From Escherichia phage E20, in the sequence record OP745616: a stretch of 64,000 bases of DNA. One strand, given 5' to 3'. Shown piece by piece: positions 1 through 8,415 of the stretch. Every line of letters begins with the position of its first letter. Position 1 is the stretch's first letter. Under the pieces are notes generated by a model. It saw nothing but the letters and a program-made list of their open reading frames with translations. It had not been told where the DNA came from and ran no database searches. The translations under genes were made by a program, and so were the position numbers.

Positions 1-110
1 AGTTAACGCCCACAAATCCAAGTTTGCTTATTGCTACTATGGAGCATACTCTGCCGGATGTTTTGTATTAGCCGGTTGGATAGCTTACTGGATTTACCAC
101 ATCAACAACT

Positions 111-139
111 AGCCACCCTCAAGGGTGGCTTTCTTTTTT
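111..139 (+). terminator. rho-independent terminator after upstream partial gene
   Basis: GC stem agccaccc/gggtggct with 4-nt loop followed by ttctttttta. Confidence 0.45.
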
Positions 140-186
140 ATCAGCCTTCATAATGATTAGGCATATTTACTCAAGAGGATACATAC

Positions 187-1020
187 ATGCCAACCCTAAA
201 GATTGCGTTTAATAAAACTACCAACGTTGCTACCGTGCTTGATTCAGGTGGCAGTGTTCCAGGTGGTTCCGTGGAAGTAGGTACTTTTGAACATCCAGAT
301 GCCACTTACCCTGATAGCTTAGTTATCTATCACGGTGTTCGTGACCTGTTGTATAAACGTTCTGCTAAAAACCCTGCTGAAGAAGGCTTCTGGCCTGACA
401 ACATCGTGGATATGCAATCGGTCACTATCGACATGCAAGCTACTCCACGACTGACTGTTGCTACCAAACTGCCTCGTGTAGTCTCTGCCATCGAAGGAGT
501 AGATGTTAACTGGCATATTGATGTAGCAGGTGGTAAAGCACCATTTACTTATAAGTGGCAATTCAAAGCTGATACTGCTGGTGCAGTATTCACTGATATT
601 GATTCTGGTGATAACGCATCTGCTATCACTGCAACATTGACCCTTAGTAACGTAACAGCTGCTTCTGCCGGTACTTATAAAGTGATTGTTACTGATGCTA
701 ATGGAACCACGGTAGAAGATACCTCGTTGCTGGCTGTAGGTTACTACGAAGCAAGTTCACTGGTAGCTACTCCTACTTCACTGGCTCTGTCTGTTGCTGA
801 AGATCTCGCCGCTGGCAAGACTGTAACCATTGCTGCTATGCCTGTTGGTTCATCTGCTGGTACTTTGTCTATCAAGACTGCTCCAGATTCTGCCCGTGCT
901 ACAGCTACCATTGCTGGTAACGTACTGACAGTTAAACCTGTGGCTGCTGGTGATGCTACTTCTGTTGTAGTTACCAACGGTACTGTCGATGTAACCATCG
1001 CTGTTACTGTTGCAGAGTAA
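187..1020 (+). CDS. Ig-like domain protein, candidate capsid decoration protein (N4 gp17-like position)
   Basis: 277-aa ORF; Thr/Ala/Val-rich beta-strand repeats such as PFTYKWQF...GTYKVIVTDANG typical of Ig-like/Big folds; strong terminator downstream. Confidence 0.5.
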   Translation: MPTLKIAFNKTTNVATVLDSGGSVPGGSVEVGTFEHPDATYPDSLVIYHGVRDLLYKRSAKNPAEEGFWPDNIVDMQSVTIDMQATPRLTVATKLPRVVSAIEGVDVNWHIDVAGGKAPFTYKWQFKADTAGAVFTDIDSGDNASAITATLTLSNVTAASAGTYKVIVTDANGTTVEDTSLLAVGYYEASSLVATPTSLALSVAEDLAAGKTVTIAAMPVGSSAGTLSIKTAPDSARATATIAGNVLTVKPVAAGDATSVVVTNGTVDVTIAVTVAE

Positions 1021-1071
1021 GGGTATCCCTTATTTGGGGTTATAAACCCCGAAAGGAAACCCTCAAGTTTG

Positions 1072-1100
1072 GCCTCCCTATTGAAGGGAGGTCTTTTTTT
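1072..1100 (+). terminator. rho-independent terminator
   Basis: stem gcctccc/gggaggt, loop tattgaa, then T7 run. Confidence 0.5.
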
Positions 1101-1157
1101 GACTATTGTTTGTCTGTTATATGAATATGTATCAATCTACTAACTAAGAAGGTAACT

Positions 1158-1418
1158 ATGCGTAAAATTGCTATTGGATTCGGTTGTAGTGCTGTTACGG
1201 GCCTTATCGCTTATGCTGCCCACGTAATCTTGGGTATGTCACTGATTGACCTGACACCGGTCATGGTAGCTGCTATCGCAGCCCCACTATTTGGTATCGT
1301 AGTCTTTGACTTTAAAGCATTCAGCCGTGCTGCTGCTGAAGTAAGCAATCTAATCCTGGGCCGACTTGGACATCGTTCCTTTGGTTCTGGTAGTCTATGC
1401 CGACCTCATGGTCTGTAA
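1158..1418 (+). CDS. small hydrophobic (membrane) protein
   Basis: 86-aa ORF with two predicted TM segments (LIAYAAHVILGMSLIDL, VMVAAIAAPLFGIVVF); RBS-like aagaagg upstream. Confidence 0.45.
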   Translation: MRKIAIGFGCSAVTGLIAYAAHVILGMSLIDLTPVMVAAIAAPLFGIVVFDFKAFSRAAAEVSNLILGRLGHRSFGSGSLCRPHGL

Positions 1419-1435
1419 AGTATAAACTGATAGAT

Positions 1436-1463
1436 AAACCCCAGCATTGACTGGGGTTTTTTG
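1436..1463 (+). terminator. rho-independent terminator
   Basis: stem aaccccag/ctggggtt then tttt. Confidence 0.5.
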
Positions 1464-1479
1464 CATCTGGAGCCAGGAA

Positions 1480-1668
1480 ATGTATAAAGAGATTGCATTC
1501 TTCTCGTTCTTGTTAGGAGGGTTAATTGGTGCAGGAATTGTAGCTATTTCTAATACCTACTTTGGTTCTACTCCAAACTCTGTAACACAAACCCACAAGC
1601 ATGAATGTGAATTGAATATCCCTCGTAATCAAAACTGCGTAATGCAGTTCGTACCGGAGAAGAAATGA
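1480..1668 (+). CDS. small membrane protein
   Basis: ORF track frame 1447..1668; first ATG after the terminator at 1480 (MYKEIAFFSFLLGGLIGAGIV), hydrophobic N-terminus. Confidence 0.4.
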   Translation: MYKEIAFFSFLLGGLIGAGIVAISNTYFGSTPNSVTQTHKHECELNIPRNQNCVMQFVPEKK

Positions 1669-1850
1669 AACTTACCCAGTCCCAAGTAATATTCCTTCGC
1701 ATGGTTCAAGGTGGTTCTGCCACCAGCAACCGTAATAACAAAACCGCACAGTCTCTTAAGAAGCTGGGCTTAGTACAGTTCAATACTGGTCTTGGGTGGT
1801 CATTAACCCCTACCGGAGTAATTCAACTCAACGAATTAAAAGGTAACTAA
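1665..1850 (+). CDS. hypothetical protein
   Basis: 61-aa ORF with ATGA start/stop overlap with upstream gene, suggesting translational coupling. Confidence 0.35.
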   Translation: MKLTQSQVIFLRMVQGGSATSNRNNKTAQSLKKLGLVQFNTGLGWSLTPTGVIQLNELKGN

Positions 1851-2177
1851 ATGAAAACTTTAATTGCTGTTGCTGTAGTAGCTTTATCAGTTCTGTCATT
1901 CGGTGCTCAAGCATCTAGTCGTGCAACCTTGCTGGAAGCTGCTGCTGATTACAAAGCTAATAATACAAACTTTGTGAACCAGGGTTACTTCATGGGCATG
2001 GTTACCATGGGGGTGGAAGCAGGAAAGAACTGTGTACCTGACGATATGAAGTTAGGGCACATTTTTGACAGAGTGGCTTCTATTATTCTGTATGACCGAA
2101 AGGTTAATGCAATGAAAGTACCTTCAGACATGGTTCTGTTAGCGATTGATACAGCGTATCCCTGCGTTAAATCTTAA
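1851..2177 (+). CDS. secreted/periplasmic small protein with cleavable signal peptide
   Basis: N-terminus MKTLIAVAVVALSVLSFGAQASS is a classical Sec signal peptide (AQA-S cleavage motif); two Cys in mature part. Confidence 0.5.
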   Translation: MKTLIAVAVVALSVLSFGAQASSRATLLEAAADYKANNTNFVNQGYFMGMVTMGVEAGKNCVPDDMKLGHIFDRVASIILYDRKVNAMKVPSDMVLLAIDTAYPCVKS

Positions 2178-2211
2178 TTAGTAATTCCATTAACTTTAGG
2201 AGAGTAAGTAA

Positions 2212-3264
2212 ATGGCGAGCATTGACTCCTTGACTGTATGTAATACACGCCAAGCCCGTAACTTTATTATCCGTGCCTTACAAGCAGGTAACGTACCGTT
2301 CCTGACTTCATCGCCGGGCATGGGTAAATCTGCAATTATCCGTTCTGTTGCAGAAGAATTTGGCATGAAGCTGATTGACCATCGTCTATCTACTTCTGCC
2401 CCGGAAGACTTATCTGGTCTACCATTCCGTAATGGTGACCGTGCAGAGTTTATCCCTTTCGCTGACTTATTCCCTATTGAGGGGGATGAAGTACCGGAAG
2501 GTTATAATGGCTGGCTCCTGTTCCTTGATGAGTTCAACTCAGCTAAGAAAGAAGTAGTAGCTGCTGCATACAAACTGATTCTAGACCGTATGACTGGACA
2601 GAAGAAACTACATCCTAATGTGATGATTATCTGTGCCGGTAACAAAGCTACTGACCGTGCTATCGTTAACCCACTGGGTACTGCAATGCAGTCCCGTGTT
2701 GTCCACTTCGAAATGGAACTTAACTTCGACATTTTTGTTGAAGACGTAATGATTCCGCAAGAATGGGATGAGCGTCTGGTTGCATTCTTACATGCTAATC
2801 CAGGCTATCTGCATGACTTCGACCCTGCCCATAAGAACAAAACATTCTGTTGTCCTCGTACCTGGGACTTTGTTAACAAAGACCTCAAGAACCGACCAGA
2901 AGGTGCTCTGCCTGATGAAGATTCTATCTACTATGCAGGCCACGTTACTGCCGGTAAAGCTACAGAATTTGTTCAGTTCACCCAGGTATATAATCGTATG
3001 ATTACGATTGAGAAGGTAGTCAAAGACCCATTGGGCTGTGCACTGCCTGAAGATAATAACCTGTGTTGGGCTACTGTTAACCATCTGGCTAACAAGACTA
3101 CTGAAGATAACTTCGTTGATGTACTTAAGTACATTGAACGATTCAAAACGTTCACCCATAAGATTCTGTACTTCCGTACAGCGGGTAAAGCATTACCAGA
3201 AATTCAGGCTACTCCTGAATGGCGTAAAGCTGCTGCCAACATCTCTCGTTACATTCACGGATAA
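2212..3264 (+). CDS. AAA+ ATPase, MoxR-like
   Basis: Walker A SPGMGKSAI and Walker B LLFLDEFN; 350 aa; adjacent to VWA-type partner as in MoxR-VWA pairs. Confidence 0.7.
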   Translation: MASIDSLTVCNTRQARNFIIRALQAGNVPFLTSSPGMGKSAIIRSVAEEFGMKLIDHRLSTSAPEDLSGLPFRNGDRAEFIPFADLFPIEGDEVPEGYNGWLLFLDEFNSAKKEVVAAAYKLILDRMTGQKKLHPNVMIICAGNKATDRAIVNPLGTAMQSRVVHFEMELNFDIFVEDVMIPQEWDERLVAFLHANPGYLHDFDPAHKNKTFCCPRTWDFVNKDLKNRPEGALPDEDSIYYAGHVTAGKATEFVQFTQVYNRMITIEKVVKDPLGCALPEDNNLCWATVNHLANKTTEDNFVDVLKYIERFKTFTHKILYFRTAGKALPEIQATPEWRKAAANISRYIHG

Positions 3265-3271
3265 TCACAAC

Positions 3272-4447
3272 ATGAACCAGATACCTCAGCACACACTTAG
3301 TGATGAACAACTCATGCGCGAGTATGACCGTATTCAGGCCCAAGCTTTCCTAGGCAAGTCTGCTGCGTTTTTTGGTTCATTGCTGTGTAGTCTTAAGTTC
3401 TCATGGAATCGTGAGGATTGCCCCACTGCATGTACTGACGGAATAGAACTCCATTTCAACCCAGACTTCTTTGTCTGGATGTGCCCTGATGCAAGAGAAA
3501 CAGTGCTAATGCACGAACTCTGGCATGTGGCATATCTACATGGCATCCGTTGTGGAAGCCGTGACCCGGAAGTCTGGAACCAGGCATGTGACCACTTCAT
3601 TAACCTTCAGTTAGAAGAAGACGGTTACAAGTTCACTGGTATCGACAAAGGCATTTGCAAAGACCCTCAATATAAAGGATGGGTTGAAGAAGACATCTAC
3701 GATGACCTGATGAAGAACCCTCAGAAAAGGCAGAAGCCGTCAGGGGGTGCTGGAGCAGGTCTTGCTGGCGACATGAAAGCTCCCTCTTCGGGGCAGTCCC
3801 AGGGTGCTGTTGTCAACAACGTAGTACGTGCAATGCAAAGCCAGAAGATGGCTGGTGGAATAATGCCCGGTAAAGGTGCTGGTCGTATGGAAGAGGTTAT
3901 TACCCAATTCCTTAAACCAGTAGTTCCATGGCAGGAAGTCCTGCTGAACTTCTTTACCGACATTGATGACACACACTATACGTGGGCCAGACCTAACCGT
4001 CGTTTTACTGACATCTATCTACCATCACTGGAAGATGATGAAGGTCGTTTACGACACCTAGCTTACTTTGAGGATGTATCTGGTTCTATTAGTAATTCTG
4101 ACTCTCTGCGTTTTAACTCAGAGGTTGCCTACGTTAAGAGCCAGTTCAATCCTAAGAAGATGACCCTTATTACCTTCGACGATATTATCCAAGAAGAAAT
4201 AGACATCACTGAAGAAGATACTTTTGAAGAGATTAAGATTACTGGTCGTGGTGGTACAAACCTTGAACCAGTGCGTGAATGGATTATTAAGAATAAGCCA
4301 ACCGCTGCAATCATATTCTCCGATATGTATGTTCGTCCTATGGAAGAATTACCATTTGATATCCCTATCATCTGGTGTGTTCTGAATAATCCCAATGCTA
4401 CCGTACCTTTTGGGGAGGTAGTTCATATCCCTAAAGGAATGAAATAA
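3272..4447 (+). CDS. putative metallopeptidase-like (HExxH) / VWA-like partner of the AAA ATPase
   Basis: ORF frame 3038..4447; ATG at 3272 directly after upstream stop; HELWH zinc-binding-like motif; overall resembles DUF2201/CoxE-type proteins paired with MoxR. Confidence 0.5.
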   Translation: MNQIPQHTLSDEQLMREYDRIQAQAFLGKSAAFFGSLLCSLKFSWNREDCPTACTDGIELHFNPDFFVWMCPDARETVLMHELWHVAYLHGIRCGSRDPEVWNQACDHFINLQLEEDGYKFTGIDKGICKDPQYKGWVEEDIYDDLMKNPQKRQKPSGGAGAGLAGDMKAPSSGQSQGAVVNNVVRAMQSQKMAGGIMPGKGAGRMEEVITQFLKPVVPWQEVLLNFFTDIDDTHYTWARPNRRFTDIYLPSLEDDEGRLRHLAYFEDVSGSISNSDSLRFNSEVAYVKSQFNPKKMTLITFDDIIQEEIDITEEDTFEEIKITGRGGTNLEPVREWIIKNKPTAAIIFSDMYVRPMEELPFDIPIIWCVLNNPNATVPFGEVVHIPKGMK

Positions 4448-4953
4448 TGGTTGTTAATGGTAATTCTCTATACCGTTCATCTCAATTGCTGGACATCCCA
4501 GACCATAAAGTATCCAAGCATGGTGTAAGTTATGGATTAGGTGAAGCCGGTTATGATATTCGTATCAAACAAGATATCACTTTCTATCGCTTATTCGGGT
4601 TGATTCCAATGGTGAAGACTGTCGATGCTGGGGTTGTTAAACGCCACTTCGGTAAATTCGCATTGGCTTCAGCAATTGAGAAGTTCAACATGTCCCCATC
4701 CTGTGTAGCTATCGTTCACGATAAGTCTACATGGGCAAGACGTGCATTATCAGTGTTCAATACTGTAATAGAACCAGGATGGAAAGGGTATCTTACTCTC
4801 GAACTGGTCTATCATGGTCGTAAGAAACTGCATATCCCGGCTGGTGCTGGGATAGCTCAAGTATTATTTCATCTGGTTCAAGAGCCTGCTAATTACAATG
4901 GCAAGTATCAGAACCAGGAAGACAAACCAGTATCTGCTAGACCTTCAAAATAA
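4447..4953 (+). CDS. dcd: dCTP deaminase/dUTPase-fold protein
   Basis: 168 aa; motifs GYDIRI and VIEPGWKGYLTLEL resemble the dCTP deaminase beta-barrel signature; ATGA overlap with upstream gene. Confidence 0.5.
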   Translation: MVVNGNSLYRSSQLLDIPDHKVSKHGVSYGLGEAGYDIRIKQDITFYRLFGLIPMVKTVDAGVVKRHFGKFALASAIEKFNMSPSCVAIVHDKSTWARRALSVFNTVIEPGWKGYLTLELVYHGRKKLHIPAGAGIAQVLFHLVQEPANYNGKYQNQEDKPVSARPSK

Positions 4954-4983
4954 AAGGCTATCCAGATTAATCAAGGAAATAAC

Positions 4984-5169
4984 ATGTCTGTATTTCAAGT
5001 AACTCCTGCTGACAGTACCCAACGTAAAACTATTGTTGCAACTAACGTAGTAGATGTAGATGAAACTCCGGCTGGTGCTGTAATTCATCTCATTGATGGG
5101 CGAACTGTAACTGTAAAAGAAAGCTACCGTTCGGTACGCGGTTACATTCGTAAAGCTTTAGCTGAGTAA
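4984..5169 (+). CDS. hypothetical protein
   Basis: 61-aa ORF with RBS aaggaaataac upstream and terminator downstream. Confidence 0.4.
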   Translation: MSVFQVTPADSTQRKTIVATNVVDVDETPAGAVIHLIDGRTVTVKESYRSVRGYIRKALAE

Positions 5170-5181
5170 GTAGCTGCCTAA

Positions 5182-5210
5182 ATAGCCCAGCATAGTTGGG
5201 CTATTTGTGA
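5182..5210 (+). terminator. rho-independent terminator (weak)
   Basis: stem atagcccag/ttgggctat then ttgtg. Confidence 0.35.
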
Positions 5211-5242
5211 AGAAACTAACTCAACCCCACATAGGAACTATC

Positions 5243-5503
5243 ATGGAATCTTTAGCAGCAATCCTTATTCTGTTATTTGCACTAGCTGTATACCTTATCC
5301 CTACTATTATTGCTTTTGCACGAGGCCATGCCTCTAAGTGGGGAATTGGTGTACTCAATATTGTATTAGGCTGGTCTTTGGTCTTCTGGGTAGTAGCACT
5401 GATTTGGTCACTGTCTAATAAAGGACAGTCTCAGACTACAATCGTTAACGTTGGTAGTGGGAACCAATACAACGTGTCTCAAACGAGCCAGTCTGATAAG
5501 TAA
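5243..5503 (+). CDS. superinfection immunity (Imm-like) small membrane protein
   Basis: ORF frame 5207..5503; ATG 5243 with RBS aggaac; sequence YLIPTIIAFARGH...IGVLNIVLGWSLVFWVVALIWSL matches the two-TM Imm_superinfect pattern. Confidence 0.55.
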   Translation: MESLAAILILLFALAVYLIPTIIAFARGHASKWGIGVLNIVLGWSLVFWVVALIWSLSNKGQSQTTIVNVGSGNQYNVSQTSQSDK

Positions 5504-5577
5504 CTAACCTAAGCATCATTGCATAGTGGTGCTTGTGGAAGTTACTTTCAGCTCATTGCTTATCCATCTCCTAATCC

Positions 5578-5606
5578 AAGCCCACCTAACCCGTGGGCTT
5601 TTTTAA
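5578..5606 (+). terminator. rho-independent terminator
   Basis: stem agcccac/gtgggct then ttttttaa. Confidence 0.5.
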
Positions 5607-5620
5607 TTACAGGTACTCTT

Positions 5621-6004
5621 ATGTCAAACAGACAAAATGGTAAGTCTATCTTATATGGACTGGACTTAAGTAAACTGGAACAAACTGCAATGCTTACTTT
5701 AGGTAAAACTATACATGACCAAGTAGAGAATGAAATAGAATCAGATGTTTATGCAGCAATGCAAGCTGCTATTCTGAAAGGATGGACTAGTAGATCATTT
5801 AATGTTTTCCCATACATCCCTCCTGAACCTCATCTGAAATCTAAGGTAGACCGTATCATAGATAAGTTCTGGCTTAGTCCTTGCTATGACGAAATGCATC
5901 TTTACCTGGCTCAAATACAAAAGAATCCACGTACTAAGGATTTGTTCAAAGGCAAGAGCACTACCCATCATTACCCTTGGTATAGAAGAGGTAGTAAATA
6001 CTAA
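5621..6004 (+). CDS. hypothetical protein
   Basis: ORF frame 5519..6004; first ATG after the terminator at 5621 (MSNRQNGKSILYG). Confidence 0.45.
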   Translation: MSNRQNGKSILYGLDLSKLEQTAMLTLGKTIHDQVENEIESDVYAAMQAAILKGWTSRSFNVFPYIPPEPHLKSKVDRIIDKFWLSPCYDEMHLYLAQIQKNPRTKDLFKGKSTTHHYPWYRRGSKY

Positions 6005-6447
6005 TGCGTATCCCATTCCTAAGAAAAAGGGAACGAAATCCTGTTCTTTATAATAAAGGCATAGAGGATGAGTACGAACTTAACCGTAAGGCCCGTTCCT
6101 ACGCAGCAAAATTATTAATGGGGGCTACCAACCCTGATAGATTACTGGACTTTGTTTTCGAACAAGTCTTTATCATATACAGCTTAGCTATGTCTGCTGG
6201 TTCACAAGAAGTAAGTGATAAGGCAAGAGATGCTCTCTGTATGCTCCGTAAAGAGTATGAAGCCCTCATGTATGAAGACTTGTACTCCTTTAAAAAAGAA
6301 ACCGCTGTAGCGTGTTCTGTGGCTCTTACTGAAGGTATAGCAGTATTACAGGAACTACCACGTAGTGAGTTTAAACTGGTATATGTTCAGGCCAAGAGGA
6401 TTACAGAAAGCCGTAGTGGTATTACCAACTATCTAAGGTCATTCTAA
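6004..6447 (+). CDS. hypothetical protein
   Basis: 147-aa ORF; ATGA start/stop overlap with upstream gene. Confidence 0.45.
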   Translation: MRIPFLRKRERNPVLYNKGIEDEYELNRKARSYAAKLLMGATNPDRLLDFVFEQVFIIYSLAMSAGSQEVSDKARDALCMLRKEYEALMYEDLYSFKKETAVACSVALTEGIAVLQELPRSEFKLVYVQAKRITESRSGITNYLRSF

Positions 6448-7391
6448 TGATTAAGGCAACTGTCATTGCAGATTCCGTTCATCATGCAACGGGTACTCGT
6501 ATTACTACCTTTGAATTGGTCTATCCCCGATTCATTCACAGTGAGTTTATGACCCACCGTGTATTCAACCGAAATGCTTCAAGTAGTCGTGCTATCCCTA
6601 CTTCTAAGTTCATCGAACAAGTTCGTAATGAACCAGTGATGCCAAGTCACTGGGGCAAGAACCAGAAGGGTATGCAGGCATTTGAGGAACTGTCCGAAGA
6701 CCAACGTAGTGATGCAATCTTTATCTGGAACCAGGCTGCGTCAAGTGCTGCTACCTATGCGGAAATGCTTCGTCGTGGACAAGTTCATAAGCAGATTGTT
6801 AACCGTATTCTGGAACCATTCACACATATCCGTGTAGTGGTAACTTCAACTAGCTGGGCTAATTTCTATGGCTTACGTGACCATGAAGATGCCCAACCAG
6901 AGATTCGTGAATTAGCTCAAGCAATGCGTAAGGCTCATAATGAAAGCACTCCAAGAGCACTCCCACAAGGGGAATGGCATTTACCGTATATTGCTCATAT
7001 TGATCGTGTCGGGGCTTATAATTACTGCAAACATCAGCGAATTACTCGTGATGAACCAAGTAGTGAAGAAGTGTATGGCTTACTTCTTAAGGTAAGTGCT
7101 GCTCGTTGTGCTCGTGCTTCTTACAACAATTTTGAAGGCCGTCCTTCTACTATTGAAGAAGACTTAGGATTGTTTGCTAAGTTAGTAGAGAACCAACCTA
7201 TTCATGCATCCCCTACAGAACACCAGGCAACTCCTATGCTGTTCGGTGATAAGTTCATTAACAACCAGAACCCATTAACCTGGGAACAGGGTGTTACTTC
7301 AATGGATCGTGAAGGTAATCTGTATTCAGGTAACCTGTTAGATTTCATCCAATTCCGTAAACTAATCCCCGGAGAAACAATTACAGAATGA
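6447..7391 (+). CDS. thyX: flavin-dependent thymidylate synthase (ThyX-like)
   Basis: 314 aa; motif EFMTHRVFNRNASSSRAIP resembles the ThyX RHR-x7-S signature. Confidence 0.5.
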   Translation: MIKATVIADSVHHATGTRITTFELVYPRFIHSEFMTHRVFNRNASSSRAIPTSKFIEQVRNEPVMPSHWGKNQKGMQAFEELSEDQRSDAIFIWNQAASSAATYAEMLRRGQVHKQIVNRILEPFTHIRVVVTSTSWANFYGLRDHEDAQPEIRELAQAMRKAHNESTPRALPQGEWHLPYIAHIDRVGAYNYCKHQRITRDEPSSEEVYGLLLKVSAARCARASYNNFEGRPSTIEEDLGLFAKLVENQPIHASPTEHQATPMLFGDKFINNQNPLTWEQGVTSMDREGNLYSGNLLDFIQFRKLIPGETITE

Positions 7392-7624
7392 AACGTTTAG
7401 CTATCCAAGCCCTGTTTATAAGTATCATCCTGGTTCTGGAATTTGTATTTGCACTGCATGGTGCACAGAGCCTAGAAGAGATGTTCTTCGTAGTAGCCCG
7501 TTTTTCTGCATGTGTTCTTAGCTTATGGTGTGTGTATTACTATGCACGCGATTATGTAGCCATCAAGGAACAGGATGATGCTAAGGAACGTCTATTACAA
7601 TTCGTAGAACAGAATCGTAAGTAA
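7388..7624 (+). CDS. small membrane protein
   Basis: 78 aa; hydrophobic N-terminal half (ALFISIILVLEFVFAL, ACVLSLWCVYYYA); ATGA overlap with thyX-like gene. Confidence 0.4.
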   Translation: MKRLAIQALFISIILVLEFVFALHGAQSLEEMFFVVARFSACVLSLWCVYYYARDYVAIKEQDDAKERLLQFVEQNRK

Positions 7625-7630
7625 ACCTAA

Positions 7631-7657
7631 GACCTCCTCCGGGAGGTCTTTTTTTGG
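7631..7657 (+). terminator. rho-independent terminator
   Basis: stem gacctcc/ggaggtc then T7 run. Confidence 0.55.
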
Positions 7658-7684
7658 TTTCAATTAACTCTTTTAGGGGGGCAT

Positions 7685-7897
7685 ATGCCTGCTAAATACC
7701 GTATCAAAGACACTCCACTAATGTGTGAGGGTGAGAAGGGTGACATTGTATATGCCTGTATCCAGGATGATTTCAATGCTGCTCTGATGTTAACCCAAAT
7801 GACAAATACACTGCATGTATCAGTAACACTGGACCCTACCGGTGACTATCCATGCTTCCCTATCCCTGCCCATAACCTGGAGCAAATCCATGATTAA
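7685..7897 (+). CDS. hypothetical protein
   Basis: 70-aa ORF; RBS-like ggggg before ATG. Confidence 0.4.
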   Translation: MPAKYRIKDTPLMCEGEKGDIVYACIQDDFNAALMLTQMTNTLHVSVTLDPTGDYPCFPIPAHNLEQIHD

Positions 7898-8204
7898 TCC
7901 TGAAGTTATTCATAGTAAAACTGGTAAGGCTATTCCACTTAGTGATATTGCAGTTACCGGTGATATTGCTGCTTGTCCGGCTAACATCGCTTCCCTGTGT
8001 ATGTGCATTGCTGCACTAGCAGAGGAACGTAAATTATGGCTGGAACCAAGCAAAGAAATGGTACTAGCTGGCATGTCTGAACTGAATGCACTTCTGAAAG
8101 AAATGTATGACGAGGATGGTCAATTAGTTGAGCCAACTGATGACCAGATTTCTGATGCTGTAGTATTTATCCTTCAAGCAATGGCAGGTAAACGTAATGG
8201 CTAA
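7890..8204 (+). CDS. hypothetical protein
   Basis: ORF frame 7842..8204; internal ATG at 7890 preceded by ggagc and overlapping upstream stop (MINPEVIHSKTG). Confidence 0.4.
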   Translation: MINPEVIHSKTGKAIPLSDIAVTGDIAACPANIASLCMCIAALAEERKLWLEPSKEMVLAGMSELNALLKEMYDEDGQLVEPTDDQISDAVVFILQAMAGKRNG

Positions 8205-8388
8205 TGTAAATATCGCCTCAGAGAAAACATATAGCATTCAAATTAATGGCTTAACAGAATATCAGGTCTTATTCCTAATGAATGCTTTTCAAAACAGTCC
8301 AGTGGGTCACCATCCTAATGATGAACCACGGGAAGAAGCTGAGCTTCGTAAAGCTATTTTTGATAAGTGTAAACAAGTACTACTTTAA
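8197..8388 (+). CDS. hypothetical protein
   Basis: 63-aa ORF overlapping upstream stop. Confidence 0.35.
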   Translation: MANVNIASEKTYSIQINGLTEYQVLFLMNAFQNSPVGHHPNDEPREEAELRKAIFDKCKQVLL

Positions 8389-8415
8389 GCAACATTTAAA
8401 CTGGAGAGTAAATAA

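Noticed and set aside
319-998. Minus-strand ORFs 319-561 and 744-998 inside the Ig-like protein gene
   Set aside because: Antisense to a longer plus-strand ORF with coherent domain-like composition and flanking terminators.
3038-3271. Upstream extension of the HExxH/VWA gene (ORF track start 3038)
   Set aside because: Extension would overlap the AAA ATPase gene by 227 nt in another frame; ATG at 3272 sits right after the upstream stop.
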